Part shown: positions 12,560-23,284 of the stretch, in pieces
Numbering within the stretch: position 1 is the stretch's first letter
Layout of the letters: each line of letters opens with the position of its first letter
Origin: Octopus bimaculoides
Lineage: Eukaryota
DNA length: 38,951 bases
Direction: 5' to 3'
Assembly (NCBI RefSeq): GCF_001194135.2
Contig: NC_068991.1
Coordinates: 38,452,338-38,491,288 of the forward strand
Notes under the pieces: generated by a model
Databases searched by the model: none
The model's input: only the letters and a program-made list of their open reading frames with translations
What the model was told of the DNA's origin: nothing
Made by a program: the position numbers and the translations under genes

Positions 12560-13554
12560 TCACTTAAAAGCGAACCAAAATGTGAGAAAACATAAACAAC
12601 CACAATGTCAATATAGCAATTATTTTAATTTGAATAAATATGGCCATCTCGTCATCAGTTGCTGTTTTAGAAATTATCTTACATACGCACACGTACGCAC
12701 ACATACACACACACACACACACACGCACAAATACACACATAAGTCTATCTATCTATCTCACTTTCTCTCTCTCTCCTCTCCCTCTTTCTCTCTTTCCATA
12801 TATATATGTATATATATATATATATATNNNNNNNNNNNNNNNNNNNNNNNNNNNNNNNNNNNNNNNNNNNNNNNNNNNNNNNNNNNNNNNNNNNNNNNNN
12901 NNNNNNNNNNNNNNNNNNNNNNNNNNNNNNNNNNNNNNNNNNNNNNNNNNNNNNNNNNNNNNNNNNNNNNNNNNNNNNNNNNNNNNNNNNNNNNNNNNNN
13001 NNNNNNNNNNNNNNNNNNNNNNNNNNNNNNNNNNNNNNNNNNNNNNNNNNNNNNNNNNNNNNNNNNNNNNNNNNNNNNNNNNNNNNNNNNNNNNNNNNNN
13101 NNNNNNNNNNNNNNNNNNNNNNNNNNNNNNNNNNNNNNNNNNNNNNNNNNNNNNNNNNNNNNNNNNNNNNNNNNNNNNNNNNNNNNNNNNNNNNNNNNNN
13201 NNNNNNNNNNNNNNNNNNNNNNNNNNNNNNNNNNNNNNNNNNNNNNNNNNNNNNNNCATCATCAGAAAAAACTTCACTTGTGCATCGGAAAACCTAATTT
13301 ATGTAATAACATGCGCAGGATGCAATAGGCAATATATAGGCCATACAAAAAACAGCCTACGAAAAAGGATGGCATTACATAAATCCCAAATCAGGAATCC
13401 TAAATACAGAAAAATACCTGTCAGCGACCACATAGACAGATGTACACCGAATAAAAATCCAAAGTTTACGACCTTACCACTTTACCAATTCAATTACAAC
13501 ACAACTTTCACCCAACGTCAAAACAAAGAGCTTCATTTTATTACATCTCAGTAA
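12560..13554 (+). pseudogene. Penelope-like element relic with GIY-YIG endonuclease
   Basis: 13257-13554 reads IRKNFTCASENLIYVITCAGCNRQYIGHTKNSLRKRMALHKSQI (LIY..C..C..YIG.T..LR.R..H, the GIY-YIG of PLEs). A decayed Cys linker (KHKQPQCQY) lies upstream of the microsatellite and gap. Confidence 0.85.
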
Positions 13555-14095
13555 ATAAAAATTGTAATAAAAACTGAAATTTTTTACGTCAGTAGAAATT
13601 AAATAAATATATTGATTCGGATTCTTGCTAATATATATGTTTTATTTTTATATTTTCACAAGTGAGTAGAAATAAGAGTGGTAACCAGCCTTTATAAAAC
13701 CTATCTAAGAAGAATGGTAGTATGACCTAGTTCCTCAGAACTACAACTAGCCATGATCTGCTGTGAAGTTATTTTTAGAAAAGAATCCAAAAGACACACA
13801 TGTTGACAAACACAAACACAAGCACACAAAAGCATGCTGCTATCTCAGTCTGTAAACAAGTCTCCATCCATTAGGATGTGAACGAATATTCGTCAATTTT
13901 TGCCCTGAAGAGAATTTTACCTTTTAAATGCAAAATGTAATCTTAACTGCAAAATATGAATGAAACCAAAAAACTGAAACGTGTATAAACTCTCCATTTT
14001 CCTTAGATTATACACGCGCGCGCACACACACACATATATATATAATGAAAATAGGGATGAAAGCATCCAATCTTTTCACTGGCTCAATTGTTTAA

Positions 14096-15556
14096 CCCTT
14101 GGTCTACCAGAGAAAATGTATGTCACTAATTACCATCTTGGACCCAACAATTTTCTTTTCGTAAAATTTTATTCAAACTACCACTATTTCTTAGCTACAT
14201 TATATATGCTATCAGGTGAATGAAGAATTACTGTTTCTCACAAATTTAATAAAAAGTAAGCTAACAGAGTATATTATAAATTTTAAAAATTACAAAAATA
14301 CAGAATTACAGCTCTTCATGGCAGTGAATGCAGACTGCATTGGAATGTTCTCGGCAAACATGGATATTGCAATTCTTACATGTAGTACGAGTTTTTCCGT
14401 CTCTTTTTGAGCCACACAATGAACATCTTCATTTTTATCTTTGGTTGAGGAATCTTAAATGAGGTTGTAGATTATCTTCTGTTCTTGTTTGGTTGAGAAA
14501 TGTTAGCGGAACTAGAAGATTGTTTGTCATGTTCTTGTTTACCATTAACTCCAGCAAGTTCCTTTCTTAGCTGAATTAGGCACTGTCTTCTTTTATCCTT
14601 GAAACTTTGCAAAGTGAAGCTGTATAGCAATAATGAAAGCATTCACTGCACTTATGTCAATCATGTTGTAGAATATAACCATAGGCTATCTTCGAGTCAT
14701 TCTTTTGTAAGTGTATGTCCTTACCATCTTATCTAGGGTATCTACTCTTCCTTCTGTTTTGTTGTAACATGTAATAACTTCAGGTTTCTTTTCATCACTT
14801 TTTGGATCAATTGAAGGCTGAAAGTGCATTGTACTCGTAACTGTGACAACATAATTTTTCTTGAGACAATAAGATAGGATCATAGAATCCTTTTGAAATC
14901 CAAATATTGTGCTGTTGGATTTTCTTCCTTTTCCGTTTGTGAAAGCACTTGGAAGTTCAACTTTGTTCTTTCTAATTGTTCCAACTAAAGTAGTTTTTTT
15001 GCTCGGCAGCTTTCGAGCCAATCTTAGACTTGTCAAAAAATTATCGCAAGTTATATGGCGACAAGTATTTTCAAGTTCCTTTACTAGGTTTTCAACAACT
15101 CTTGAATCTTGATTTGTCTTTCTCCATTTTACTGGGTCTTTTCCAGTGTAGATTTGCATTTTCCAGGCGTAAGATGTTTCACTTTCACATATTGCCCAAA
15201 TCTTAATTCCATATTTCTCTGGTTTTGAAGGAATATATACATGGAATGGGCAGCGCCCTCTGAATGAAACTAATTGTTCATCAACTGTCATGCATGAACC
15301 TGGAACATATCCATCTTGCTGCAAATTCTGATTCCACATTTCATATACTTCTCTTGTGGGCTCCAATTTATCATCATTTCTCCTTTTCTTCTTTCATTAG
15401 TATCATCAAAACGCAATACTTGTAAAATCTGTTGAAATCTTCCCCGGCTCATAATTTTGTTGAATATTGGGCGGCCATCTTCTTGACCCCATAACTGTGT
15501 GACACTTTCATGTTTAGATTTACAAACACCTATAAGAATAATGAGTCCAATAAAAT
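14096..15556 (-). mobile_element. piggyBac transposon relic: transposase pseudogene with intact 3' terminus
   Basis: FIGLIILIGV...GRPIFNKIMSRGRFQQILQVLRFDD, then VDEQLVSFRGRC, ITCDNF and GRVDTLDK (DDD triad), RR*PMVIFYNMID (Trp to TAG at 14686-14688), and a Cys-rich tail RCSLC...TCKNCNIHVCREHSNAVCIHC ending TAA at 14306-14308. The terminus TTAA|CCCTT lies at 14092-14100. Confidence 0.93.
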
Positions 15557-15880
15557 TCTCTTTATCACTGATCTTCAGCTTTATGTTAACATCCGCTGGA
15601 CAGCTAATTCCCACAACTGTACGCAGTTTCTCGTCTCTATCCCAAATCATTATATCAGGTCTGTTGTGCTTACATTTTATTGAGGTCTTCACTGAGACAT
15701 TCCACCAGTATTCCTTTTAATTATGTGTGGCTATGGCTTCTACCATACTGTGGGTTCCTATTTGTTTGGCTTCGGGGTTATCTTCCCGACGAATTTCATT
15801 ATAAAGTGTTCTAGCTACAACATCATGTCTCATTGGTAGATTATACCGTGATGACATTTTCGGAAATCTGCTTATGTACG
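15557..15880 (-). pseudogene. RLE non-LTR retrotransposon fragment (R4/Dong-like, second family)
   Basis: MRHDVVARTLYNEI...EYWWNVSVKTSIKCKHNRPDIMIWDRDEKLRTVVGISCPADVNI: the RHD motif plus the HNRPDI...(E)ISCP RLE motif. Confidence 0.85.
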
Positions 15881-15891
15881 TATTTATGCAT

Positions 15892-15926
<35 letters not shown>

Positions 15927-15927
<1 letters not shown>

Positions 15928-16127
15928 TAGCAGCTAAGCCCGGTTTCACCCGGTCGGTTTGGATGATGTGGCTGTAAAACCTGCTCTGTGTAAGCATTGA
16001 CTTGTTTGGGCACGCTTACGTTATAAAACAATTTTAGAATGCTTGATTCATTTTTTCAGCATGCAATTTTCATCATCCCACTACCTTCCTTTCTCATTCA
16101 TAAACACGCAAATATAATTATAGTAGA
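15927..16127 (-). mobile_element. Non-autonomous mini-Helitron (201 bp)
   Basis: On the minus strand: A|TCTACTATAAT... at 16127, a GC-rich hairpin (CCGG-GTGAAA-CCGG, 15940-15953), then CTAG|T at 15927-15930. These are canonical TC...CTRR termini inserted at an A/T site with no TSD. Confidence 0.68.
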
Positions 16128-16694
16128 TTATCTCGGTAACCATGGGAGCTATGAAAAAAATACAAAGCCCAGCAACACCACCATATCCTTAATGTGACCT
16201 TGCGTTTGGGAGCTGAGTTGTCTTCACAATGGTCGCACGCTATTTACACATGTTTGAGCCACGACTAATGATTCCAAACCAAAATATTGCTTGACAGCGT
16301 TGTTTTCAAGCGCTTCCTTGACAATATCCCCCTCCCCTTTACCACGTCATTTCTTCCATGTAGATTTTTCTCTGGTGGTGCTGTTGAGCGCACCCACAGG
16401 CTTAATTTATTACATAGATGTAGCTCCTATGTCTGCTGATTGTTCAGCGTGTTGGCGGCAGTGGCGACAGCTGCCAGGGAGAGTATATCCACTGGGATAT
16501 GCATTCAAAAATCACACACACACTTTCCTATGGCAAGGTTAAGGCCTGGAATCTTCCAAACAGACGCATGATATGTCACTTAGTAGAATTAGCTCTTCAT
16601 TTACTCCACAAATGTTTTATCGTCCACGCTGCACGTTTCAACTTAACTGTACCATATATACAAACTATATACGAAATACAACAATATATATATA

Positions 16695-16819
16695 CAGGGT
16701 GATTCAAAAGTCACCATACATAGGAAAAAATTAATTTTATCAGAGACGGTTAAATAAAAAAAAAACTGTTTCGTATAAAGAAAGTTAATTGTTCTTATGT
16801 ATGGCTACTTTGAATCACC

Positions 16820-16822
<3 letters not shown>
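16695..16822. mobile_element. Tc1/mariner-type MITE (128 bp)
   Basis: TA|CAGGGTGATTCAAAAGTCACCATACATAGG ... CTTATGTATGGCTACTTTGAATCACCCTG|TA. Imperfect TIRs of about 30 bp (first 14 bp identical), flanked by TA. Confidence 0.85.
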
Positions 16823-16861
<39 letters not shown>

Positions 16862-17143
16862 NNNNNNNNNNNNNNNNNNNNNNNNNNNNNNNNNNNNNNN
16901 NNNNNNNNNNNNNNNNNNNNNNNNNNNNNNNNNNNNNNNNNNNNNNNNNNNNNNNNNNNNNNNNNNNNNNNNNNNNNNNNNNNNNNNNNNNNNNNNNNNN
17001 NNNNNNNNNNNNNNNNNNNNNNNNNNNNNNNNNNNNNNNNNNNNNNNNNNNNNNNNNNNNNNNNNNNNNNNNNNNNNNNNNNNNNNNNNNNNNNNNNNNN
17101 NNNNNNNNNNNNNNNNNNNNNNNNNNNNNNNNNNNNNNNNNNA

Positions 17144-17342
17144 AATGAGTGGTGACGTCATTGTTGCCAAACTGTGTCGGCCTTTGCCTTTCCCTTGGTT
17201 AACACCAGTGGCGTACAGAGGGGAAGCTGGTATACATGGGTGACTGCTAGTCTTCTGTAAACAACCTTGCCCGCACTTGTGCCTCGGAGGAGAACTTTCT
17301 AGGTGCAATCCCATGCTCATTCATGATTGACGGGGGTCTTTT
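17144..17342 (+). mobile_element. Family A SINE, 3' tail
   Basis: CGGCCTTTGCCTTTCCCTTGG...CTAGGTGCAATCCCATG matches 925-1067. Confidence 0.9.
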
Positions 17343-17414
17343 ATGAAGGTATAATCTACCAATATGCATATATATATATATATATATGTACATTCACGCG
17401 CATACACACACACG

Positions 17415-17448
<34 letters not shown>

Positions 17449-19142
17449 AAGTTAGTTACCTCCCTTGTCATAAGAGTCAAACTAGAGGTCGCTCGAGCTG
17501 TAACTTCGTGCGAATCCAATGCTTTCTCTTATCTGTGTCACCATGCTCAGAGTAAGGCCACTCACTCCAAATATGTGATACCATTTTCGCCACTTCCACC
17601 CATCCTTCACAGGCAGTGCCTCTCTTTCCATACTCACCTTCCTTTCCAGCTTATTTTGCCATAGTCACCCGATAAAGGAAAACGGCACCTCAATTTTTAT
17701 TCCATAAATTTGGATAACACGATCCGTCCTACATGTGCTAGCATGTATTTGACACAAGCTCACAAGCTGCTAATGCACAGACACTGAGCAAAAGCTGGCA
17801 TTTGGCACAGAACAATAGCCCTACGCAGGTTCGGTTATTGTCGGCATTGTAATTAAAGAACTAGTCACAAGCAGGTAACGCACTTACCCTGCAGCACTGC
17901 TATGCCAAGGACTTATGGAAGTTCTCTATTTAGCGTAGAAGAGAGTGCTCAAACTCTCGTTGACATTCAGAACCATTCATGCCGTTAACTAACAGTCTGT
18001 ATAACTGCATTATACCAGAATTGTCCAGCCGGTATAGTGTAGTCTATGTACCAAATGCTCAACATCGATCTCAGCTTGATCCATGATTGCAGCTTGATCA
18101 GAGATGAGCTGCAGTAAGATATATCACACGAAAGGTGTCCATCGTCGTCACACCTGCAGTGGTCCAGCTATTTCTCCAGGTGCGTTATCCTTAGCGTATT
18201 TGTGCGCTTCAACAGAAGCAGAAAGAACAACATGATACAAACAGCTACAACATCAACAACAACGAAAGACAAACCAAAGACAAAATCAACAACAAAAATA
18301 GAGAAAGGAACAAAAGGAGATACACCCAAAACAAGAACAGATTTTAAAAATACACCCTAGTTTTGTCTTCACTGAAGCACATGGTCACCATTACTCGAAA
18401 CTGTCTTGCCTTCCTTACAAGCCATGTATGCAATACGTATGGAGTTACATATCTGTTGTCTGTTCTGTGATTATAGAGTTAGTCGCAAACTTTGACTGGG
18501 GCGGAGGTAGAATCTTGATTTTCCACAATTTTTATAATACATCTAAAACTAAAAATGTTTCGTTCAGTATTTAATTTCTCCACTTGTGGAATTTGGAGTT
18601 TATTGGATGATATTTGACAATCTCTGTGCTTCATATTCAAGTCGTTTTTGTCTTCCAAACAATGTTCGATCTATTTTTAAGTGGTTGCTTTTGGGTTGGT
18701 GAAAGACGTTGTGAATATATCACTAGCAAATTGGGCAACAAAAGTTTTACATTTGTATGGTAGTGGTGGAGTTGGAGAATGCTGTGGGGTGACAGTAGTG
18801 GTTGGGGGTGGCCATATCGATGAAGGTTAGTGGTAGAGCGGGAACAATAGTGGTAAGGGAGGTAGCGTGGTGTGGTAGTGAAGGGTTGTTGGTAGGGAGT
18901 ATGGGAGGCATTAGTAGGAAAGGAGGATAGCGTTGGAAGGGGAGCTAACGAAGGGAGGGCTGTTCTGTCGATCCCCTCCATTTCTTCGACGGTGGGTGAT
19001 ACTCCTATGGTTCCTGTTACTCTAACAACCCCAATGCTAGACCTTACAGAAACTTGAAGACACTACTACAGCATTCTTTCTCACTGGTATCTGCGTGTCA
19101 AAGTTGCCACCATGCTTAAAATTTCCGTGTAACGCACTAAAG

Positions 19143-19255
19143 ATTCTAAAACTACTACTGCTACTACTACTACTACTACTACTACTACTGATGATGATGA
19201 TGATGATGATGATAATAATAATAATAATTCTAATAACAACAACAACAACACCAAC

Positions 19256-19327
<72 letters not shown>
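19143..19327. repeat. Compound trinucleotide microsatellite (CTA/GAT/TAA/CAA/TAA)
   Basis: Direct reading of the sequence. Confidence 0.97.
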
Positions 19328-19328
<1 letters not shown>

Positions 19329-19502
19329 GTCAAGACGAAGAGTGCGATTTTAGATGTTTTATTTTTTGAACAACATTTCGACAGGACCTCTGTCTTTCTA
19401 AAGTTCAAACCAAAAGGTGATTGAAAATTCAAAATTTCAGAAACCAAACGTAAACTATGAACGTGAGTAACATCTAAAATCGCACTCTTCGTCTTGACTA
19501 TT
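19325..19502. mobile_element. MITE-like fold-back element with perfect 34-bp terminal inverted repeats
   Basis: AATAGTCAAGACGAAGAGTGCGATTTTAGATGTT (19325-19358) and its exact reverse complement (19469-19502), with a 110-bp spacer. Confidence 0.75.
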
Positions 19503-19538
19503 TACCTTCGTGAAGAGTTACGTCAATCCTTTTTTAAA

Positions 19539-19568
<30 letters not shown>

Positions 19569-19569
<1 letters not shown>

Positions 19570-19832
19570 GAGTCAAACATAAAAGTTACCCCTATTGTCA
19601 TTGAAGCACTGGGTTCGATACCACCCAATCTGAAAAAGCATCTGAAAACCTTAGAAATACCCTACAATCTAGATGTATTGCAAAAGTTGGCATTAATTGG
19701 AACTGCATGCATATTGTGTAAAGTACTGTCTGTCTGAGGTCCTTGTTGTGACTTAACAAACAGTACAAACCCCCGGTAGACACAATATCTTCAATCAACA
19801 ACCTCACGATATTGTATACTGTGCGACGTCTA
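19569..19832 (+). mobile_element. 5'-truncated Dong/R4-like 3' end embedded in (TAA)n
   Basis: ESNIKVTPIVIEALGSIPPNL...LDVLQKLALIGTACILCKVLSV* plus a 3' UTR closely matching the reverse complement of 8701-8970. (TAA)n on both sides. Confidence 0.9.
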
Positions 19833-19833
19833 T

Positions 19834-19834
19834 G

Positions 19835-19913
<79 letters not shown>

Positions 19914-19935
19914 TGATGATAATAATAATAATAAT
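19834..19935. repeat. (TAA)n microsatellite
   Basis: About 100 bp of TAA/TGA. Confidence 0.97.
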
Positions 19936-21049
19936 AAATGCCCTGAAGCAGTACCAAACAGTGTCTCTCATGGCTTTTGATCTTAACTGATTGGAAGTAT
20001 TAGCATGTACATTGTTTTGCTCAATACCACAGATTTGTTTGACCTTAACCAGTTGAGCATGTCCCTTAGTGGCTGACAATATGTGCATCTCTGATCACGA
20101 GCAAAGGTAGTGGGGGAACAACACAGCCATGTGTTGAGAGGAATTTTTGGGGGTTTGGATAATTCACCTCTGGAAACATAGGTGTTTCGTTCAACATCCT
20201 TAAACAACCCCTATTCAGGAACGTTTTGAGTGGGATGGGCGACTCGACCTGAAGAAAATTCAAACTGGGCTCCACCTGCAAGGTTATGCACTGTTTATCT
20301 TGATATAAGATCACCATGACGAGCACATATAGTTGAGATGCATGTGCCTGGTGTACCCTTATCAGACAGGTAATCATGATGGATATATTGGGCTCCTTAT
20401 ATTTAACCCTAGTGTCACTTTGATGGCATGCACTGCTCTCTCACTCAAGAATAATAATAGTGAGTTGTTTGACCTTAACCAGTTGAACATGTCCCTTAGT
20501 GGCTGAATACATGTGTATCTCTGATCACGAACAGAACTAGTGGGGGAGCATCATAGCCATGTGTTGAGAGGAATTCTTTAAGGGTTTGGACAATTCACTT
20601 CTGGAAACATAGGTGTTTCGTTCAACATCCTTAAACAGCCCTTATTTATGGACGTTTGGAGTGGGATGGGCGACTCGACCTGAAGAAAATTCAAACTGGG
20701 CCCCACCTTCAAGGTCATGCGCTGTTTATCTTGATATGAGATCACCATGTCGCGCACATATGGTTGAAATGCATGTGCCTGGTGTACCCTTACCAGACGA
20801 GTAGTCATGATGGGTATATTGGGCTTCGTATATTTTACCCCAGTGTCACTTTGATGACATGCCCTGCTCTCTAAGTCAATAATAATAATATGCCCTGATG
20901 CATTACCAGTCACTAGCTCTCATGGTTTCTGATTTTAACTGATTAGAAGTGTTATCATGTACAATGTTTGCCTTGGTATAAAAGATAGGCTACAGCAAAT
21001 ATTCTGCTCAATTCCACAGGTTTGCTTGTCAGTTGTTTGATCTTAACTG
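19936..21049 (+). repeat. Array of an unclassified ~0.55-kb repeat (family F): units 19936-20458, 20463-20889, 20890-21049, joined by TAA tracts
   Basis: Units 1 and 2 share ~430 bp (TTTGACCTTAACCAGTTG...GTGTCACTTTGATG). Unit 3 matches the start of unit 1 (ATGCCCTGA...CTCTCATGG). Confidence 0.85.
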
Positions 21050-21117
21050 CACTCTCTCTTTTTCTCTCTCCCTCTCTCTCTCTCTCTCTCTCCCTCTTTC
21101 TCTCTCTCAATAATAAT

Positions 21118-21200
21118 TATAGAATACCTACAAAAATCAGCATTGTTTGGAACTGCAAGAATTCTTCGCAGAGTTCTTGAAGCATGACAAGTGAACAAGT
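21118..21200 (+). pseudogene. 3' end of another RLE non-LTR element
   Basis: IEYLQKSALFGTARILRRVLEA* (the LQK..L.GTARILR.VL C-terminal motif), preceded by TAATAAT; runs into a gap. Confidence 0.72.
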
Positions 21201-21419
21201 NNNNNNNNNNNNNNNNNNNNNNNNNNNNNNNNNNNNNNNNNNNNNNNNNNNNNNNNNNNNNNNNNNNNNNNNNNNNNNNNNNNNNNNNNNNNNNNNNNNN
21301 NNNNNNNNNNNNNNNNNNNNNNNNNNNNNNNNNNNNNNNNNNNNNNNNNNNNNNNNNNNNNNNNNNNNNNNNNNNNNNNNNNNNNNNNNNNACAAATAAG
21401 CTGTGAGTTTTTAACACAT

Positions 21420-21592
21420 AATGATAATAATGGTTTCAAATTTTGCCACAAGGGCAGCAATTTTTGGAGGGATGTGATGAATCGATTACGAAGGGTGAAA
21501 CGTAAAGCGGAATTTGAACTCAGAACGTAGCGACGGGTGAAATACCGCTAAGCATTTCGTCCAGCGAACTAACGATTCCGCCAGCTTGCCGC
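21420..21592 (-). mobile_element. Family B SINE, internally deleted
   Basis: GGAATTTGAACTCAGAACG...CCGCTAAGCATTTCG...CTAACGATTCCGCCAGCTTGCCGC is the reverse complement of the family B head. Confidence 0.85.
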
Positions 21593-21763
21593 ACTACACG
21601 TCTGTACTCTAGGCGTAACATTGGCGAACTGATGTGGCCTACCGGCATGAAATTTTTCACGCATGCGCAGGAAGGGTGGCATTGCCTCCCATCCAAAGGA
21701 TTTTGCACACGTGGCATTAGTTTTAACGGGGGAAAAATTATGTCGGATACCTTTTGAACGCAC

Positions 21764-21767
<4 letters not shown>
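21593..21767 (-). mobile_element. mariner-like element, one terminus
   Basis: Minus strand begins TA|CGAGGTGCGTTCAAAAGGTATCCGAC, a mariner-type TIR (TACGAGG..TTCAAAA). The partner TIR was not found. Confidence 0.6.
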
Positions 21768-21800
<33 letters not shown>

Positions 21801-22369
21801 ATATATTCATACACGCATATATAAATGGGTGCATGACTGTGCGTTTGTGTGTGTGTATGTACATGTAAGTTGTAAGGAATATACATCCTATTCACTTGCA
21901 TTTTAACACTTCTACACACATTCGCATGCATACATGTAAGCACATAAACATTGAAATATGTATATAATATACACAACTCTACACATGCGGACACACACAC
22001 ACACACAAACACACGCACACTCATACACTACACAATTCTATGCATTTGGTGACGAATGGGGGTGTGGTGTTCGTCTGTATTATTAAAGGGTTACCAAATC
22101 TCCTCCATGAATTAATTTTAAAAAAAGAAACTTTAAATGGTGGGCGGATGACTAGTAAAATACGAAAGGGTAAAATAATAACTGACGTCGAAGTTTATTT
22201 TTGTTTATTTTTCTCCACCTTCCACCATCACCCCCACCGACAACAACAACTACCCCCGGGTAAAATAAAACACGCACCGCCTACCCTATTATATCCGCGT
22301 CTTGCCTTCACCACTACAATCACCACCACCATTTCTGGCGGTAACTACTACAGCAATGACAACAACGAC

Positions 22370-22479
22370 TACTACTACTACTTTTGCCGCTGCTACTGCT
22401 GCTGCTGCTACTGCTGTTACTGCTGCTACTGCTGCTGACTCTACTACTACTGCTATTACTCCTGCTGCTGCTGCTGCTG

Positions 22480-22531
<52 letters not shown>

Positions 22532-22660
22532 CACTACTCACATATGCATTCAGAAATATCAATTCCACTACTGATATAGCACTATAGTTGTTGTTGTTGT
22601 CGGTGGTGGTGGTGGCGCCGAGGACGACGAGGACGACGATGACGACGATGGTAACAAGGA
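22370..22660. repeat. Compound (CTG/CTA/GTT/GAC) trinucleotide field
   Basis: Direct reading of the sequence. Confidence 0.95.
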
Positions 22661-23284
22661 GAAGGAGGAGGAAGATGACTACGATGTTAACACCTAGTTG
22701 ACCATAAGCGAGCAAACTTCTTATCAAAGACAATCCAAACGTGAACTTCATGTCATTTTTTTTCTCTTTTGCAAAACGCATTCAATGTGACCTTTATGTT
22801 TAAGACCTTGATGTATGATTTAATGAAGAATTTCTAGTAGGTCAAACACCCATATGTCGGTTCCTGTATTAGCAAACGCCAGTTCAATTCGTTACAGCTG
22901 ATATATATAATTACGACTTCAGTAATTAATGCATCTTATGTATTAACTGTCATACTGTATCCTGCAATTCCTTCACTATATCATACAATAATACATTCAT
23001 TGAGATTTTCATATTTTATTTCATTAACTTCATTTTAAAACCCAACTAACCTCGTCATATGTCATAAACTTTTTAGTCAACCTAAGGAAAATGACTCAAC
23101 CCTTTAAACATTCATATATGTTGCGTTATACTCTTACCCTATACCTGTAAAGAAATAGCGGGAGCTCTAAGTAGAACAGATAGCTATTCATATATGCCAT
23201 TGATATTATAGTATCAGAGTGTTTTTATCGTATGAGGATTGACTAGTTTTCACGGTACGAAACTTCGAGTTTCGGTATTTTTTT

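Noticed and set aside
17460-18230. Higher-complexity region as a coding exon or LINE relic
   Set aside because: The frames I translated by eye had frequent stops and no recognisable motif. Left unassigned; tBLASTx would decide.
18435-18465. Minus-strand DNRYVTPY resembling the Helitron Rep motif DNRWVVPY
   Set aside because: Similarity does not extend on either side.
18740-19000. G-rich, strand-biased tract and its 114-aa minus-strand ORF
   Set aside because: It looks like decayed GGT/AGT-type simple repeat, with no protein motif.
13900-20260. Isolated CTGAAGA at ~13906 and in family F (~20250, ~20680), and CTGATGA on the minus strand at ~12652
   Set aside because: No downstream stem II plus GAAA at a suitable distance.
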